DNA from: a bacterium
GTDB taxonomy: Bacteria; SZUA-182; DTGQ01; JAFGSM01
DNA: 64,000 bases
Reading direction: 5' to 3'
NCBI GenBank assembly: GCA_049472315.1
Contig: JBLIRN010000001.1
Location: forward strand, 191,919 to 255,918
A program made the translations under genes and the position numbers. The notes beneath the pieces were generated by a model that ran no database searches, had not been told where the DNA came from, and saw only the letters and a program-made list of their open reading frames with translations. How positions within the stretch are numbered: position 1 is the first letter of the stretch; every line of letters starts with the position of its first letter. This document shows, piece after piece, positions 39,891-49,820 of this stretch.

Positions 39891-39977
39891 TCCTAATCCT
39901 ACATGAATGGGAAGGTGATTCCCCTCTTTTTAGGAGACAAAGAGGCAGCAATAATGACCCTCCTGTTACCCACCCTG

Positions 39978-40343
39978 TCACCTGACCTTGATGTTGTTCT
40001 TGACCTTCAAAACGCCCTTGACACCCCGTGCCAGCTCGATCGCCCTCTCGGCTTCCGATTCGGTGCTTACAATGCCTGACAGGGTCACTTCACATTCAAG
40101 GGTGTCAACGTCGATCTTAAACCCCTTTACCATTGAGTCGGCGATCAATCTGGATTTCACCTTCGTGGTAATAATGCCGTCATCAACCTGTTGCCCCATG
40201 CTTCTTTCGTCCGAGGCGATGATGTATCCCCCGGCAGCACCCGCCCCCACCCACAATGGGGCACATCCCACGGCGGTGAAGAAGGAAAACATCGAAAGAA
40301 CGGCAATGGCAACGGCGGTCCGTTTCACCCCGGAAAGATTCAT
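39978..40343 (-). CDS. BON-domain (OsmY/DolP-like) lipoprotein
   Basis: Lipobox AVGC; DERSMGQQVDDGIITTKVKS, VTLSG, GV..V.N. Confidence 0.9.
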   Translation of the reverse strand: MNLSGVKRTAVAIAVLSMFSFFTAVGCAPLWVGAGAAGGYIIASDERSMGQQVDDGIITTKVKSRLIADSMVKGFKIDVDTLECEVTLSGIVSTESEAERAIELARGVKGVLKVKNNIKVR

Positions 40344-40466
40344 AAACCTCCCCCCTCTAGCATCTTCATGATAATTCCTTGCCACAATTCATGCCTAATG
40401 CATTTCCCTGATAAATATATATAATTATCCCTGAAAAGTAAACCGGCGGGGCACCTTTACAGTCCC

Positions 40467-41057
40467 TTACCGTGCCGCTGCTCCTCCCTGGAGTCGAGCC
40501 ACAAATGGAACAAGGATAAGCTCGATGAGGATTATGAACCCGAAAAGAAGGTGTACCATTGGGGTGAGCCATTCCGGACTCCACCATGCAACCACAAAAA
40601 TAAGAAGCAGTGCCACCTGCGTCCCTACCCATATAAAGTACCATAGACCTACCCAGCCTTTTCTGAAGTAACATCCATAGGCAAGCAGCAGGGTGAATGC
40701 CCCGAAAAAGATACCCAACAGCAGGGGGTACAAATGGGCCGGGTTCAGGAGAAACTGCAGCCCGTGGGCAGGTTTGAACCATTTGACTATGGAGAAAACG
40801 AGGACAACGAATCCATAGCAAAAAAGACCTGCGGCCATGCCGTAGAGCAAACGCCGATCCACCCCTTGATTCATCCTTTGCAGGCCGATGGCCTTCCACC
40901 TGATGGAGGCAGGAAGCCTTTTGTGTTCGGTTTGTCTTTTGGGACGCGAGGCCTTCGGTGCCATCAGGGGATGGCCGCACTCACCACAGATCTGCGCCCC
41001 GTAGGGATTAAGAAAGTTGCACTTCGGACAATGTCGTGCCATACGCTCCCTCGTCAA
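40467..41057 (-). CDS. Zinc-ribbon membrane protein
   Basis: CPKC...CGECG followed by four TM helices; overlaps the upstream stop. Confidence 0.7.
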   Translation of the reverse strand: MTRERMARHCPKCNFLNPYGAQICGECGHPLMAPKASRPKRQTEHKRLPASIRWKAIGLQRMNQGVDRRLLYGMAAGLFCYGFVVLVFSIVKWFKPAHGLQFLLNPAHLYPLLLGIFFGAFTLLLAYGCYFRKGWVGLWYFIWVGTQVALLLIFVVAWWSPEWLTPMVHLLFGFIILIELILVPFVARLQGGAAAR

Positions 41058-43585
41058 AAAAGAAATTGGACACCAGCCTGAAAAAGGGGGCCCCCAAGGT
41101 CAAGTCCGCTGGCCCCGAAGTTATCCACCCGGCTATAGGTCGCCTCCAGGGTGAAATAGGTATCCTCGATACCATGGTCCCTTTCCAGGACTTCCGCGTG
41201 TTTCGGGTCGAAATGGTCAAGGAGTATCCGTATCCCACACAATCCATGGTACCCGAAGTTCCATCCATCCCGATCCTTTCCCAATGGTTTCCCCTCTTGG
41301 TACCACCACGCATCCACGCCCCCGCCCACATAGGGAAGCAGAACCCCTCCCCTGGTGCGATAAGGGACCCATCGCACAGTCATGACACAGGGGATCATCC
41401 TAAAGGTGACCTCGTCGATGGACTTCTCCTGGGTGGCGGGAAGGATAGCGGTCCCCTCCATTTTCATGTATCCGACACCGACGCTGACATCCAGGTGCCG
41501 CCGATGGATCCATCCCATCTCGAACTGAAACTGCCATGGCCGGTCATCATACACGAGCTTGGCCTCCTCGGATTGAGGCTCGAACCGGCCCACCTTCAGC
41601 CAGGCAAACCATTCTCCCCATGTGCCAGGTTGTTCCCTCTTTCCCGAATCCAGCGAGGAGATGAAACATCCCCCCTTTTCCTCTACAAGATCCAACCAGC
41701 CCTTGGTCTGCCGTGGGGTCCCCTCCACCTCCGACCAATCAGACACGTTTTCCGCCTTGTCCCGTGCCCTGACCCGTATCGTGTATGTCACATCATTATC
41801 CAGGGAATAGATGGTCCAGTTCAGACTCGGACTCCCCTGAACAGATCCAATCGGGGCCATAACGTTCGCATCCTGACTGGGGTCATCCTTCGGCCAATAG
41901 TGCAGTTCATACCACCCGATGCTCTCCGTGAAATTCGGATCATTCACCCCGTCCGCATCCTGAAGGCTGTCAGTTGAAGGCTGCCAGTATATCCTCAGCC
42001 GGGTATCGCCGATCCCCACCCATAACCCAGAAGGGGGCGAGGGTAAATTGGGGTCCCAGGCAAAGGTGAGATACCTGACGACATGCTCATTATCCCCATA
42101 CGTCAATGAGAACCTGAGGGTATATACCCCCTCCTGATCCACGATCGCGGGATCGAACTCCCAGGTCGAGATCCCGTCAGGGTCCATCAGGACCGGGCTT
42201 ACCGGACTGAGTTGCCTGTTGGGATCCATGGTGGTGAACAGCGAGGCGTCGGGAACATTATTCGGATCACGCCAGTGATTCGGGTCGTCCCAGTTGGGCA
42301 GAACACGCATGCTCATAGATTCCTTGTTCGGACCGATAAACCGGTCGGTCATCGACAGGGAGAGCACATCCACCCGTGGAACATGGCGTGCCGTAATCCG
42401 GGCACCGGTATTGTGTGCGGTTCCTGCAAAAATGAGATCCTCGTTGGAGGGATTGGAAAAGATACCCCGAAGTCGGTTGTTGGGATCGAATTGTTCGTTG
42501 GGATCCGAGGGGGAGGGCACCGCGATCCATTCGGTTTTTTCGCCCCGATAGTTCTTCCAAATCCTTCCACCGTCACTCCCCAGGCACCCGATATAGAGAT
42601 ACTCCCCTATGGCGAGCGGCCCGGATACGGCGAGGATATTGGGATCGGACAGGGGGCCATTGGGATCAAGCGATGAGATCTGCCGCCCCCATTGAGGAGA
42701 CGCCCCGGAGGCACTATCCCCTTTCCATAACGCCCAGCGCCGTTCATGATCAATGACCATTTCGGTCAGCACCCAGGGATGTGCCAGAAATTCCGTCAAA
42801 GAACAAAATCCCGTTATTGCGCCGGCACAATTCGGATCATCGAAGGAATCCTCCGTAGATTGACTCCATTCGATGCCGTCTGTTGTTGAACTAAGGACCG
42901 CCCCGGATCCATATTGGACAGTGCCGATAAAGAGACGCTCCTCCGTGTGTGCAAGAAATCCAATGTGCACATTCGGGTCGCCCCGGGGAATCCCATCCAC
43001 AATGATCTCCTGGCTGATGGGGCCTTCAGGTGCGTCACCGTGGAAAAGACGCGCACCGAAGTCCTCCTCGTATACGCCGAGGTAGATCCCACCGTCAAAC
43101 ACATCCCCATGCTCGATACGCCAGGCATCCTCGCCCACTTGAGCGGGAGTGAACGAAATCTCCTCCCCTTGATCGGGGCTGGAGAATGCAAGCACCCGGG
43201 CATTCCCATTCCATCGTGCACCTGCAAAGGCGCGGTCGGCCCCGGCGAAGAGAGTGTCTACCCTGACATTGCTTCCGTCCAAGACAATCTCCTCCCAGAG
43301 GTCCTGATCCCATTCATTGGGATCGTCCCTCAGCTCGGATGCCCAAAGAATGGTATGAGCATTGGGATTGCCCAAGACCGCATCCCGCGCATCCGATGTG
43401 ACCAGGTAAAGATAGTTTGCATCAAAGGCCGCATCCTGAAACGACCATGCAGCCTCACCCTTTTCCCCGAACAGGGAGGGATGTATGGATACCCATTCGG
43501 CCGCCCCTCCTCCCCTGAAGCCTGCGAGAAAAAGGCAGACGATCACCGGTACTATCCAGTATTCCGCACCCCTTGCCCTGCTCAT
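41054..43585 (-). CDS. Secreted DPN-rich protein with FN3 domain, CFI-box motif and C-terminal outer-membrane beta-barrel (MXAN_2562-like)
   Basis: Signal peptide; FN3 (LDNDVTYTIRVRARDKAENVS); GGCFISSL; alternating-hydrophobic barrel strands, LLD..DP..A..L....GI..TY, terminal QFLF. Confidence 0.78.
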   Translation of the reverse strand: MSRARGAEYWIVPVIVCLFLAGFRGGGAAEWVSIHPSLFGEKGEAAWSFQDAAFDANYLYLVTSDARDAVLGNPNAHTILWASELRDDPNEWDQDLWEEIVLDGSNVRVDTLFAGADRAFAGARWNGNARVLAFSSPDQGEEISFTPAQVGEDAWRIEHGDVFDGGIYLGVYEEDFGARLFHGDAPEGPISQEIIVDGIPRGDPNVHIGFLAHTEERLFIGTVQYGSGAVLSSTTDGIEWSQSTEDSFDDPNCAGAITGFCSLTEFLAHPWVLTEMVIDHERRWALWKGDSASGASPQWGRQISSLDPNGPLSDPNILAVSGPLAIGEYLYIGCLGSDGGRIWKNYRGEKTEWIAVPSPSDPNEQFDPNNRLRGIFSNPSNEDLIFAGTAHNTGARITARHVPRVDVLSLSMTDRFIGPNKESMSMRVLPNWDDPNHWRDPNNVPDASLFTTMDPNRQLSPVSPVLMDPDGISTWEFDPAIVDQEGVYTLRFSLTYGDNEHVVRYLTFAWDPNLPSPPSGLWVGIGDTRLRIYWQPSTDSLQDADGVNDPNFTESIGWYELHYWPKDDPSQDANVMAPIGSVQGSPSLNWTIYSLDNDVTYTIRVRARDKAENVSDWSEVEGTPRQTKGWLDLVEEKGGCFISSLDSGKREQPGTWGEWFAWLKVGRFEPQSEEAKLVYDDRPWQFQFEMGWIHRRHLDVSVGVGYMKMEGTAILPATQEKSIDEVTFRMIPCVMTVRWVPYRTRGGVLLPYVGGGVDAWWYQEGKPLGKDRDGWNFGYHGLCGIRILLDHFDPKHAEVLERDHGIEDTYFTLEATYSRVDNFGASGLDLGGPLFQAGVQFLF

Positions 43586-44010
43586 CCCTTCCTTCCTTCA
43601 TTTATTCGATTTTCGGGACAAAAATCAAAGGCCCTCGGCAAAAGCTCCCGTATGCAAGTTTTTGTAATAAGCCCCCCCATATTGGCCAGGACGATGGCCA
43701 TCTCCGGCCCGAATTCCCATATCATTTGACGGCATGCCCCGCAAGGGAAGGTCAATTTATCAGTATCGGCAACAATCGCCATCATGTCAAATTCCCGTTC
43801 CCCTTCCGAGACTGCCTTGATCAGGGCAACCCTCTCTGCGCATATACTGAGGCTCAGTGAGGGATTCTCTATATTGCAGCCCGCATAAATCCTTCCGTTC
43901 ACGCACCGGACAGCCGCACCGACCTTGAAACGTGAAAAGGGCACGTATGCCCGTGACATCGCCTCGCGTGCATGAGTAATCAAAATTGTTGTTTCATCAT
44001 CCCTCATCAT
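43582..44010 (-). CDS. cdd: Cytidine deaminase
   Basis: AYVPFSRFKVGAA, GCNIEN, CAER, PCGACRQ. Confidence 0.95.
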   Translation of the reverse strand: MMRDDETTILITHAREAMSRAYVPFSRFKVGAAVRCVNGRIYAGCNIENPSLSLSICAERVALIKAVSEGEREFDMMAIVADTDKLTFPCGACRQMIWEFGPEMAIVLANMGGLITKTCIRELLPRAFDFCPENRINEGRKG

Positions 44011-44021
44011 CCGTTACCTTG

Positions 44022-44900
44022 TCAACCATACCGATAATGATGTCCCTTTGAGGTGCACACGGGAATCCCGTCGCACCCCACCAAATCCCTGTACCGATCC
44101 GCACAAAGGGAGGCCGCAGCGGCCTGCTCATCCACGGATAGACGCTGCCTCTCGAATTCAATGCCAATGATCGCTGATAATCCGTTGAATACGGCATCCT
44201 CAAGATCGCGTACCCTTATCTCCCTCCCGGCGACCTCGCTGAGTGCGGCCATCCCGGCTGCGAGTTTTATACGTATCCCGGCTGCATCCATATATTCGGG
44301 ATAGCGCAGGAGTTCCTTCCACAGGGAACGTTCCACCCCCATCAGGATGGTCCCCTGCATGAGTATCCAGCCTCCCACCCGCTTTTGTGCAAAACCGATC
44401 ACCTTACGGCCGGAGACCAGGATCTCGGAGCTGATCCTGGTTAAAAAACAGGCGGGCTGCAACCGACGTTTTTGCCTTTCCAATGATCCCGCATCCCATA
44501 CATCCGCAAGGTATGCCTTAATTCCGAGCGAATTAAGCCCTTCAACGAATCCCTGTGCAATCGTTCGATAGCTTCCCCTGATGCCGGCAGGGATCATGTC
44601 ACTGTTCGACGGAAAAACGAGGGAAAAACTCAGGTCCCTGTGATGAACGACCGCCCTTCCCCCGGTGATCCGCCGGACCACCCGGACGCCCATTGTGCGA
44701 CAGGCATCCCTGTTCACCGTCTCCTCAACATCCTGAAAATACCCCAGGGTAACGGCAGGCGCACTCCAGGTATACCAATGTAAGCCCGGCTGCGATTTCC
44801 CTTCCAAACAGCCTTGCAGCATTACCTCCGCAAGGGCCATATTCTCTGAGGGCCCTCCCGTCCCGGTGTCGATCATGCGCCAGATTCGGCATCCCTTCAT
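44022..44900 (-). CDS. Lipoate-protein ligase / octanoyltransferase family protein (LipM/LplA-like)
   Basis: RRITGGRAVVH, GRKVIG.AQ; start placed at MKGCRIWRMID. Confidence 0.85.
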   Translation of the reverse strand: MKGCRIWRMIDTGTGGPSENMALAEVMLQGCLEGKSQPGLHWYTWSAPAVTLGYFQDVEETVNRDACRTMGVRVVRRITGGRAVVHHRDLSFSLVFPSNSDMIPAGIRGSYRTIAQGFVEGLNSLGIKAYLADVWDAGSLERQKRRLQPACFLTRISSEILVSGRKVIGFAQKRVGGWILMQGTILMGVERSLWKELLRYPEYMDAAGIRIKLAAGMAALSEVAGREIRVRDLEDAVFNGLSAIIGIEFERQRLSVDEQAAAASLCADRYRDLVGCDGIPVCTSKGHHYRYG

Positions 44901-45020
44901 AGCGCCGCCAATTATATCATAGTCCCGCGGCATATATAATCCTGGAATACCTGTATGCGGCGCTTTAGCGCATACCTGCCTACACGGATCGTTTCGACAG
45001 GTGTGCAAGCTGCGCGCGTA

Positions 45021-45875
45021 TTACAGCTTGAGCCGGGGATCAACGGCATCACGGATTCCTTCACCCAAGAGGTTATACCCGAGAACGGTGAAAAGAATGG
45101 CAAGGCCGGGATAGAGGGAAAGCCACCATGCAATCTCGATATTGTCCTTCCCTGCGGTAAGCATGTTCCCCCAGCTCGGGGTGGGAGGCTGAACACCAAT
45201 ACCGAGAAAACTCAGGGCTGATTCGGTGAGGATTGCCGCGGCCACTCCGAGGGTCGCCGCAACAAGGACCGGGGCGAGTGCATTGGGCAGAACATGGCGA
45301 AATATGATCCTCGCATCGCCCGCACCTTCGGCCCTGGCTGCGAGTATAAATTCCCGATCCATGAGGCTCAAGAATTCGGCGCGCACCAGACGTGCCACCC
45401 CCATCCATCCGGTAACCCCTATGATGATCATAATGTTCCAAATACTTGGCTCCAGCACGGCGATGACCGCAAGGATGAGGAAAAAGGTGGGAAAGCAGAG
45501 CATGATATCCACAAAACGCATGATGATGTTGTCGAGCCATCCCCCGTAGTACCCTGCGACGGCGCCGAGTATGGTGCCGATGACGGTGGCGATGCCTATT
45601 GAAACAAATCCGACCAGGAGTGAAATCCTCGAGCCCCAGATCATGCGGCTCAACACGTCCCTGCCCAGTTGATCGGTGCCCAGCCAGTGTTGCGCACTGG
45701 GGGAATGGAGGATCCGGTTGACGTTGATGAGGGAGGGATCATAGGGGGAGATATAGGGTGCAGTGAGGGCCACCGCAAAGAGGAGGAGTACGAGGAACAG
45801 GCCGGCAACGGCAAGCCTGTTTTGAGAAAATTGCTGCCAGAAGCGAAACAGGAGAGAACCCTCTTTTTTCATCAT
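45021..45875 (-). CDS. Oligopeptide ABC transporter permease (OppC/DppC-like)
   Basis: HWLGTDQLGRD, RHVLPN, ESALSFLG, SWGNML. Confidence 0.93.
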   Translation of the reverse strand: MMKKEGSLLFRFWQQFSQNRLAVAGLFLVLLLFAVALTAPYISPYDPSLINVNRILHSPSAQHWLGTDQLGRDVLSRMIWGSRISLLVGFVSIGIATVIGTILGAVAGYYGGWLDNIIMRFVDIMLCFPTFFLILAVIAVLEPSIWNIMIIIGVTGWMGVARLVRAEFLSLMDREFILAARAEGAGDARIIFRHVLPNALAPVLVAATLGVAAAILTESALSFLGIGVQPPTPSWGNMLTAGKDNIEIAWWLSLYPGLAILFTVLGYNLLGEGIRDAVDPRLKL

Positions 45876-45885
45876 CGATTGCTTC

Positions 45886-46857
45886 CTATTGATAGCTTAT
45901 TCTTGGATCAACGAGTGCATAGGATATATCCGCCAAAAAATTCCCGAACAGGGTCAATATGGCACCGATAAACAGGATCCCCATGATCACCGGGTAATCC
46001 CTGGCCATCACGCTTCCGTAAAAGAGCTGCCCCATTCCGGGTATGGAAAAGATGGTTTCGAAAATGACGCTTCCGCCGATGAGCCCGGGCACCGAAAGGC
46101 CCAGGATGGTGATGACCGGCATGAGGGCGTTGCGCAGTGCATGTTTGTATATGACCGCATGTTCGCTGAGTCCCTTTGCCCGCGCAGTACGGATATAGTC
46201 CTGCCTGATCACCTCGAGCATATTGGATCGGGTATACCGGGAAAGACCGGCAAGTCCCCCGAAGGCGGAAACGAACACCGGCAATACCAGGTGACGGGCA
46301 TAGTCGATCAATCGGTTGATAAGTGTAGGATTTGCCAGATAAAGGGATTTGATGCCGGAAATGGGGAGCCAGTTGAGACGGATGCCGAAGAATATCATCA
46401 GCAGAAGGGCAAGCCAGAATGTGGGGATCGAGAAGCCGATGAACACGAAAACCGTGGTCATTTTATCGAAGAGGGAATACTGCCGCGCCGCCGACAGGAC
46501 CCCTATGGGCACCGCGACCACAAGGATGATGAGCAGGGAGAGGAGGTTTAGCAGCACGGTGATGGGAAGTGCATCGGCGATCTTGTCCACCACTGACCTG
46601 CCGTCCACAAAGGAGGTGCCGAAATCGAGCAGGAGCAAACGCCTCAGCCAATCGAGGTACTGATGATGCAGCGGTTTGTCCAGGCCGTAGATACGCTTGA
46701 GCTTTTCGCGGGCCTCCGCCGACACCTTCGGATTCATCTGGGTTTGAATGTCGGTGGGAGTACCCGGGGCAAGATGAATCACCACAAAGGTGATGATGGT
46801 GATCCCCAGAACAAGGGGAAGCATCATCAAGAGCCTGCGTGCTATGTAGGCAAGCAT
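45886..46857 (-). CDS. Oligopeptide ABC transporter permease (OppB/DppB-like)
   Basis: [28 protein letters not shown]. Confidence 0.93.
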   Translation of the reverse strand: MLAYIARRLLMMLPLVLGITIITFVVIHLAPGTPTDIQTQMNPKVSAEAREKLKRIYGLDKPLHHQYLDWLRRLLLLDFGTSFVDGRSVVDKIADALPITVLLNLLSLLIILVVAVPIGVLSAARQYSLFDKMTTVFVFIGFSIPTFWLALLLMIFFGIRLNWLPISGIKSLYLANPTLINRLIDYARHLVLPVFVSAFGGLAGLSRYTRSNMLEVIRQDYIRTARAKGLSEHAVIYKHALRNALMPVITILGLSVPGLIGGSVIFETIFSIPGMGQLFYGSVMARDYPVIMGILFIGAILTLFGNFLADISYALVDPRISYQ

Positions 46858-46861
46858 GACA

Positions 46862-48571
46862 TCAGGGGGTCAGACCGTGGGTGATGTATCGTTGCTGATT
46901 CTTCGGCACATACCATTTGATGAAATTATACCATATACCGAGAGGTGCCTTCTGTATCCCGTGAAAACGCCGGTGAATGATCGGCAGTCCATCCGGCACG
47001 TACAGAAAGGTATAGGGCTGCTCCTCTGCGAGAATCGCATGGATTGTATGATAGATCGCCTTTCTATCCTCGATGTCGAAGGTGCGCACCCCCTCGATGA
47101 TGAGACGGTCAACCTCGGGATTGCTATAGGATATGAAATTGAACTCCTGCGGGGCCGTCTTGCTGGAGTGCCATATGTCGTAAAGATCGGGATCCCTGGA
47201 GAGCGCCCATCCGAGTATGATCGCCTCGAATTTTCGCTGGTCGATGAAATTATGGAGGAAGGCCTGCCACTCGAGGATATTGATCTTTACCTCAACCCCG
47301 ATCTCCTTTAGATTCTGTTGAATAATCTGGGCGCATTTTGCCCGTTGTTCGTTTCCCTGGTTGGTGATCAGCGTGAAGGCGAATCCAACGCCCTCCTTGT
47401 CCAGGACCCCGTCACCGTCATGGTCCTCCCATCCCGCCTCAGCCAGCAGTTTTTTCGATTGTTCCGGGTCATAGGGATATCGCCTGACATCGGGATTGTA
47501 CGCCCAGGATTCCGGCGGAAACGGTCCGGTGCACACCTGCCCGAGCCCGAGGAGCACCCCCTTGATGATCCCCTCACGATCTATGGCGTAGGTCAGGGCC
47601 TGCCTAACCCTCCGGTCGGAAAACTTCGGATCCTTGAGATTGTACCCCATATAGGTATAGCCGAAGGAAGGGTAGCGGAAGCGTCTGAAATTTTCCTCGA
47701 AGAAGGGGGTTTCTGTCTGACGGGTATACTGCATGGGGTCAAGTCCCATATAATCGATGCCCTGTGCCTTGAGCTCCAGGAACATGGTGGCGGTATCGGG
47801 AATGATGCGGTAGACGTATTGATCGATGTAAGGTCTCCCCTCGAAGTACCCCTCATATGCCTCCAGTACGATCCGTTGACCGGTGACCCACTCCTTCAGG
47901 GCATAGGGCCCTGTTCCAATAGGATGGCGGTTGTATTCCGTGGTATTGAGGTCTTCCTTTTCCAGGAGATGCCTTGGTATCATTCCCATTCCCCAGCTCA
48001 CCAGGGCAGGGGCGAAAGGCTCGCCATAGGTCACCCTGAAGGTGTGATCATCCAGCACCCGTGCCTCTTTCACCCGGAGAAAGTCCTGGCTGTACGGGGT
48101 TGCCACATTCGGGTTCACCATGGTCTGATAGGTAAAAAGGCAGTCATGTGCGGTAAACGGCGCCCCGTCCTGCCAGGTGACATTGTGCCGCAGGTGAAAG
48201 ATGATGACCAGGCCGTCGTCGGAGATATCCCACGATTCCGCAAGATCCCCCACCACGGTGATGTCCTTGTCATACTTTACCAGGCCATTGTGGATCAGGC
48301 CCGCTATTTCAGCGGATGCCGAGTCCGAGGCCATCAGGGGCAGAAGCCGCTTGGCGTCCCCTATGGAGCTCACGATGATCCGGTCCCCGTATACAGGAAC
48401 TGTACTGTCAGCCGGGGCAACGGGCTCCTTCTCCTGGCTTGAACGTCTGCATCCCGTAAGGAAAAGGGGGATAATAATGAGCATGATCAGAATCAACCGG
48501 GATGCACCGCGCCATCTCTGATTGGCTACCCCTTCTCTGTGCTGTATCTTATTCATGTCCTCCACGATCAA
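46862..48571 (-). CDS. Peptide ABC transporter substrate-binding lipoprotein (family 5)
   Basis: Lipobox LTGC; GDLAESW, PIGTGPY, VRQAL.YAID; the start may be a few codons downstream. Confidence 0.92.
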   Translation of the reverse strand: MIVEDMNKIQHREGVANQRWRGASRLILIMLIIIPLFLTGCRRSSQEKEPVAPADSTVPVYGDRIIVSSIGDAKRLLPLMASDSASAEIAGLIHNGLVKYDKDITVVGDLAESWDISDDGLVIIFHLRHNVTWQDGAPFTAHDCLFTYQTMVNPNVATPYSQDFLRVKEARVLDDHTFRVTYGEPFAPALVSWGMGMIPRHLLEKEDLNTTEYNRHPIGTGPYALKEWVTGQRIVLEAYEGYFEGRPYIDQYVYRIIPDTATMFLELKAQGIDYMGLDPMQYTRQTETPFFEENFRRFRYPSFGYTYMGYNLKDPKFSDRRVRQALTYAIDREGIIKGVLLGLGQVCTGPFPPESWAYNPDVRRYPYDPEQSKKLLAEAGWEDHDGDGVLDKEGVGFAFTLITNQGNEQRAKCAQIIQQNLKEIGVEVKINILEWQAFLHNFIDQRKFEAIILGWALSRDPDLYDIWHSSKTAPQEFNFISYSNPEVDRLIIEGVRTFDIEDRKAIYHTIHAILAEEQPYTFLYVPDGLPIIHRRFHGIQKAPLGIWYNFIKWYVPKNQQRYITHGLTP

Positions 48572-48579
48572 TGTTCGGC

Positions 48580-48933
48580 TTATTCTCCCGGGGGAAGTTC
48601 AGGCGCCTCGGGCGCACCGGACGGTTCGGCCGGCTGCTCGGTCGGCTGAACGGGCTGCTCCATGGGTGCCGGCGATTCCTCGATCAATTTACTGGACCGG
48701 ACACTCGACATATAGGCAAGGGTAAGGGAGGTCAGCATAAAAATCACTGCGCACGCCGCGGTCACCTTCTCCAGGAAGCTCTGGGGTCCCGCACTTCCAA
48801 AGGCGGTCTGGCTGGCACCCCCTCCGAAGACCGCCCCCATCTCGGCCCCCTTGCCCGATTGAAAGATGATGATGAGGATCATCGCGATACATACCACCAA
48901 GTGAATAAAGATAATAATTCCATACATGAACAT
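48580..48933 (-). CDS. secG: Preprotein translocase subunit SecG
   Basis: Q.GKGA.MGA.FGGG.SQT.FG, two TM segments; follows tpiA. Confidence 0.95.
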   Translation of the reverse strand: MFMYGIIIFIHLVVCIAMILIIIFQSGKGAEMGAVFGGGASQTAFGSAGPQSFLEKVTAACAVIFMLTSLTLAYMSSVRSSKLIEESPAPMEQPVQPTEQPAEPSGAPEAPELPPGE

Positions 48934-48990
48934 CTCTCCTTTTTCTACCGAGACCTGCGTGAGGTCCCTTCTTCTATACCTCCATCGAGG

Positions 48991-49743
48991 TCACTGGAAC
49001 CGGACAATCCGTGCAAAGGATTCCGCCTTCAGGCTCGCACCCCCGACCAGGGCTCCGTCGATATCCGGCTGAGCCATCAATGCGTCGCAGTTGTCCGGCT
49101 TCACACTGCCCCCGTACTGGATTCGTACCTGCTCCGCCACCGCCGTATCGAACATCTTGGCCAGGATTCCCCTGATGAACGCATGAACCTCGTTGGCCTG
49201 CTCCGGGGTCGCGGTCTTCCCTGTGCCGATGGCCCAGATCGGTTCATAGGCAACCACTACCCGTTTCATCTGTTCCTTGTCCAGTCCGTCAAAATCCGCC
49301 CGCACCTGTCCTTCCACGATGCCGAAGGTCTCTCCGGCCTCTCGCTGGTCAAGGTTCTCACCTATGCAACAGATGGGGGTGAGCCGATGGTTGAGCGCCG
49401 ACTTAACCTTTTTATTGACGGTTTCATCCGTCTCTCCAAAATGGGTCCGCCGCTCCGAGTGCCCGATGACGCAATAGGCGCATCCGCACTCGATGAGCAT
49501 GAGGGGCGAGATTTCGCCGGTAAAGGCGCCCTCCTCCTCCCAAAACATGTCCTGTGCCCCCAGGGCGATCCTGCTGCCCGCAAGGATCGCCTGGCATGGA
49601 ACCAGGGAGGTGAAGGGAGGAATCACCACGATATCCCTGTCGGTGACCCCATCGAGTTCCCCTTTGAGTGCACGGACCAGTTCCTGCGCAGCGGAAGGTC
49701 CCTTGAACATTTTCCAATTACCTGCAATGACCGGTCTTCTCAT
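48991..49743 (-). CDS. tpiA: Triosephosphate isomerase
   Basis: AGNWKM, GHSERR, AYEPIWAIGTG, YGGSV. Confidence 0.98.
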   Translation of the reverse strand: MRRPVIAGNWKMFKGPSAAQELVRALKGELDGVTDRDIVVIPPFTSLVPCQAILAGSRIALGAQDMFWEEEGAFTGEISPLMLIECGCAYCVIGHSERRTHFGETDETVNKKVKSALNHRLTPICCIGENLDQREAGETFGIVEGQVRADFDGLDKEQMKRVVVAYEPIWAIGTGKTATPEQANEVHAFIRGILAKMFDTAVAEQVRIQYGGSVKPDNCDALMAQPDIDGALVGGASLKAESFARIVRFQ

Positions 49744-49820
49744 GGTTTCACCTTGCTCCCTGTGTTATGGGATTACCGTCCTGCACCGGGACGTCTCACA
49801 CCGCGGATTTTCCCCTTTCG

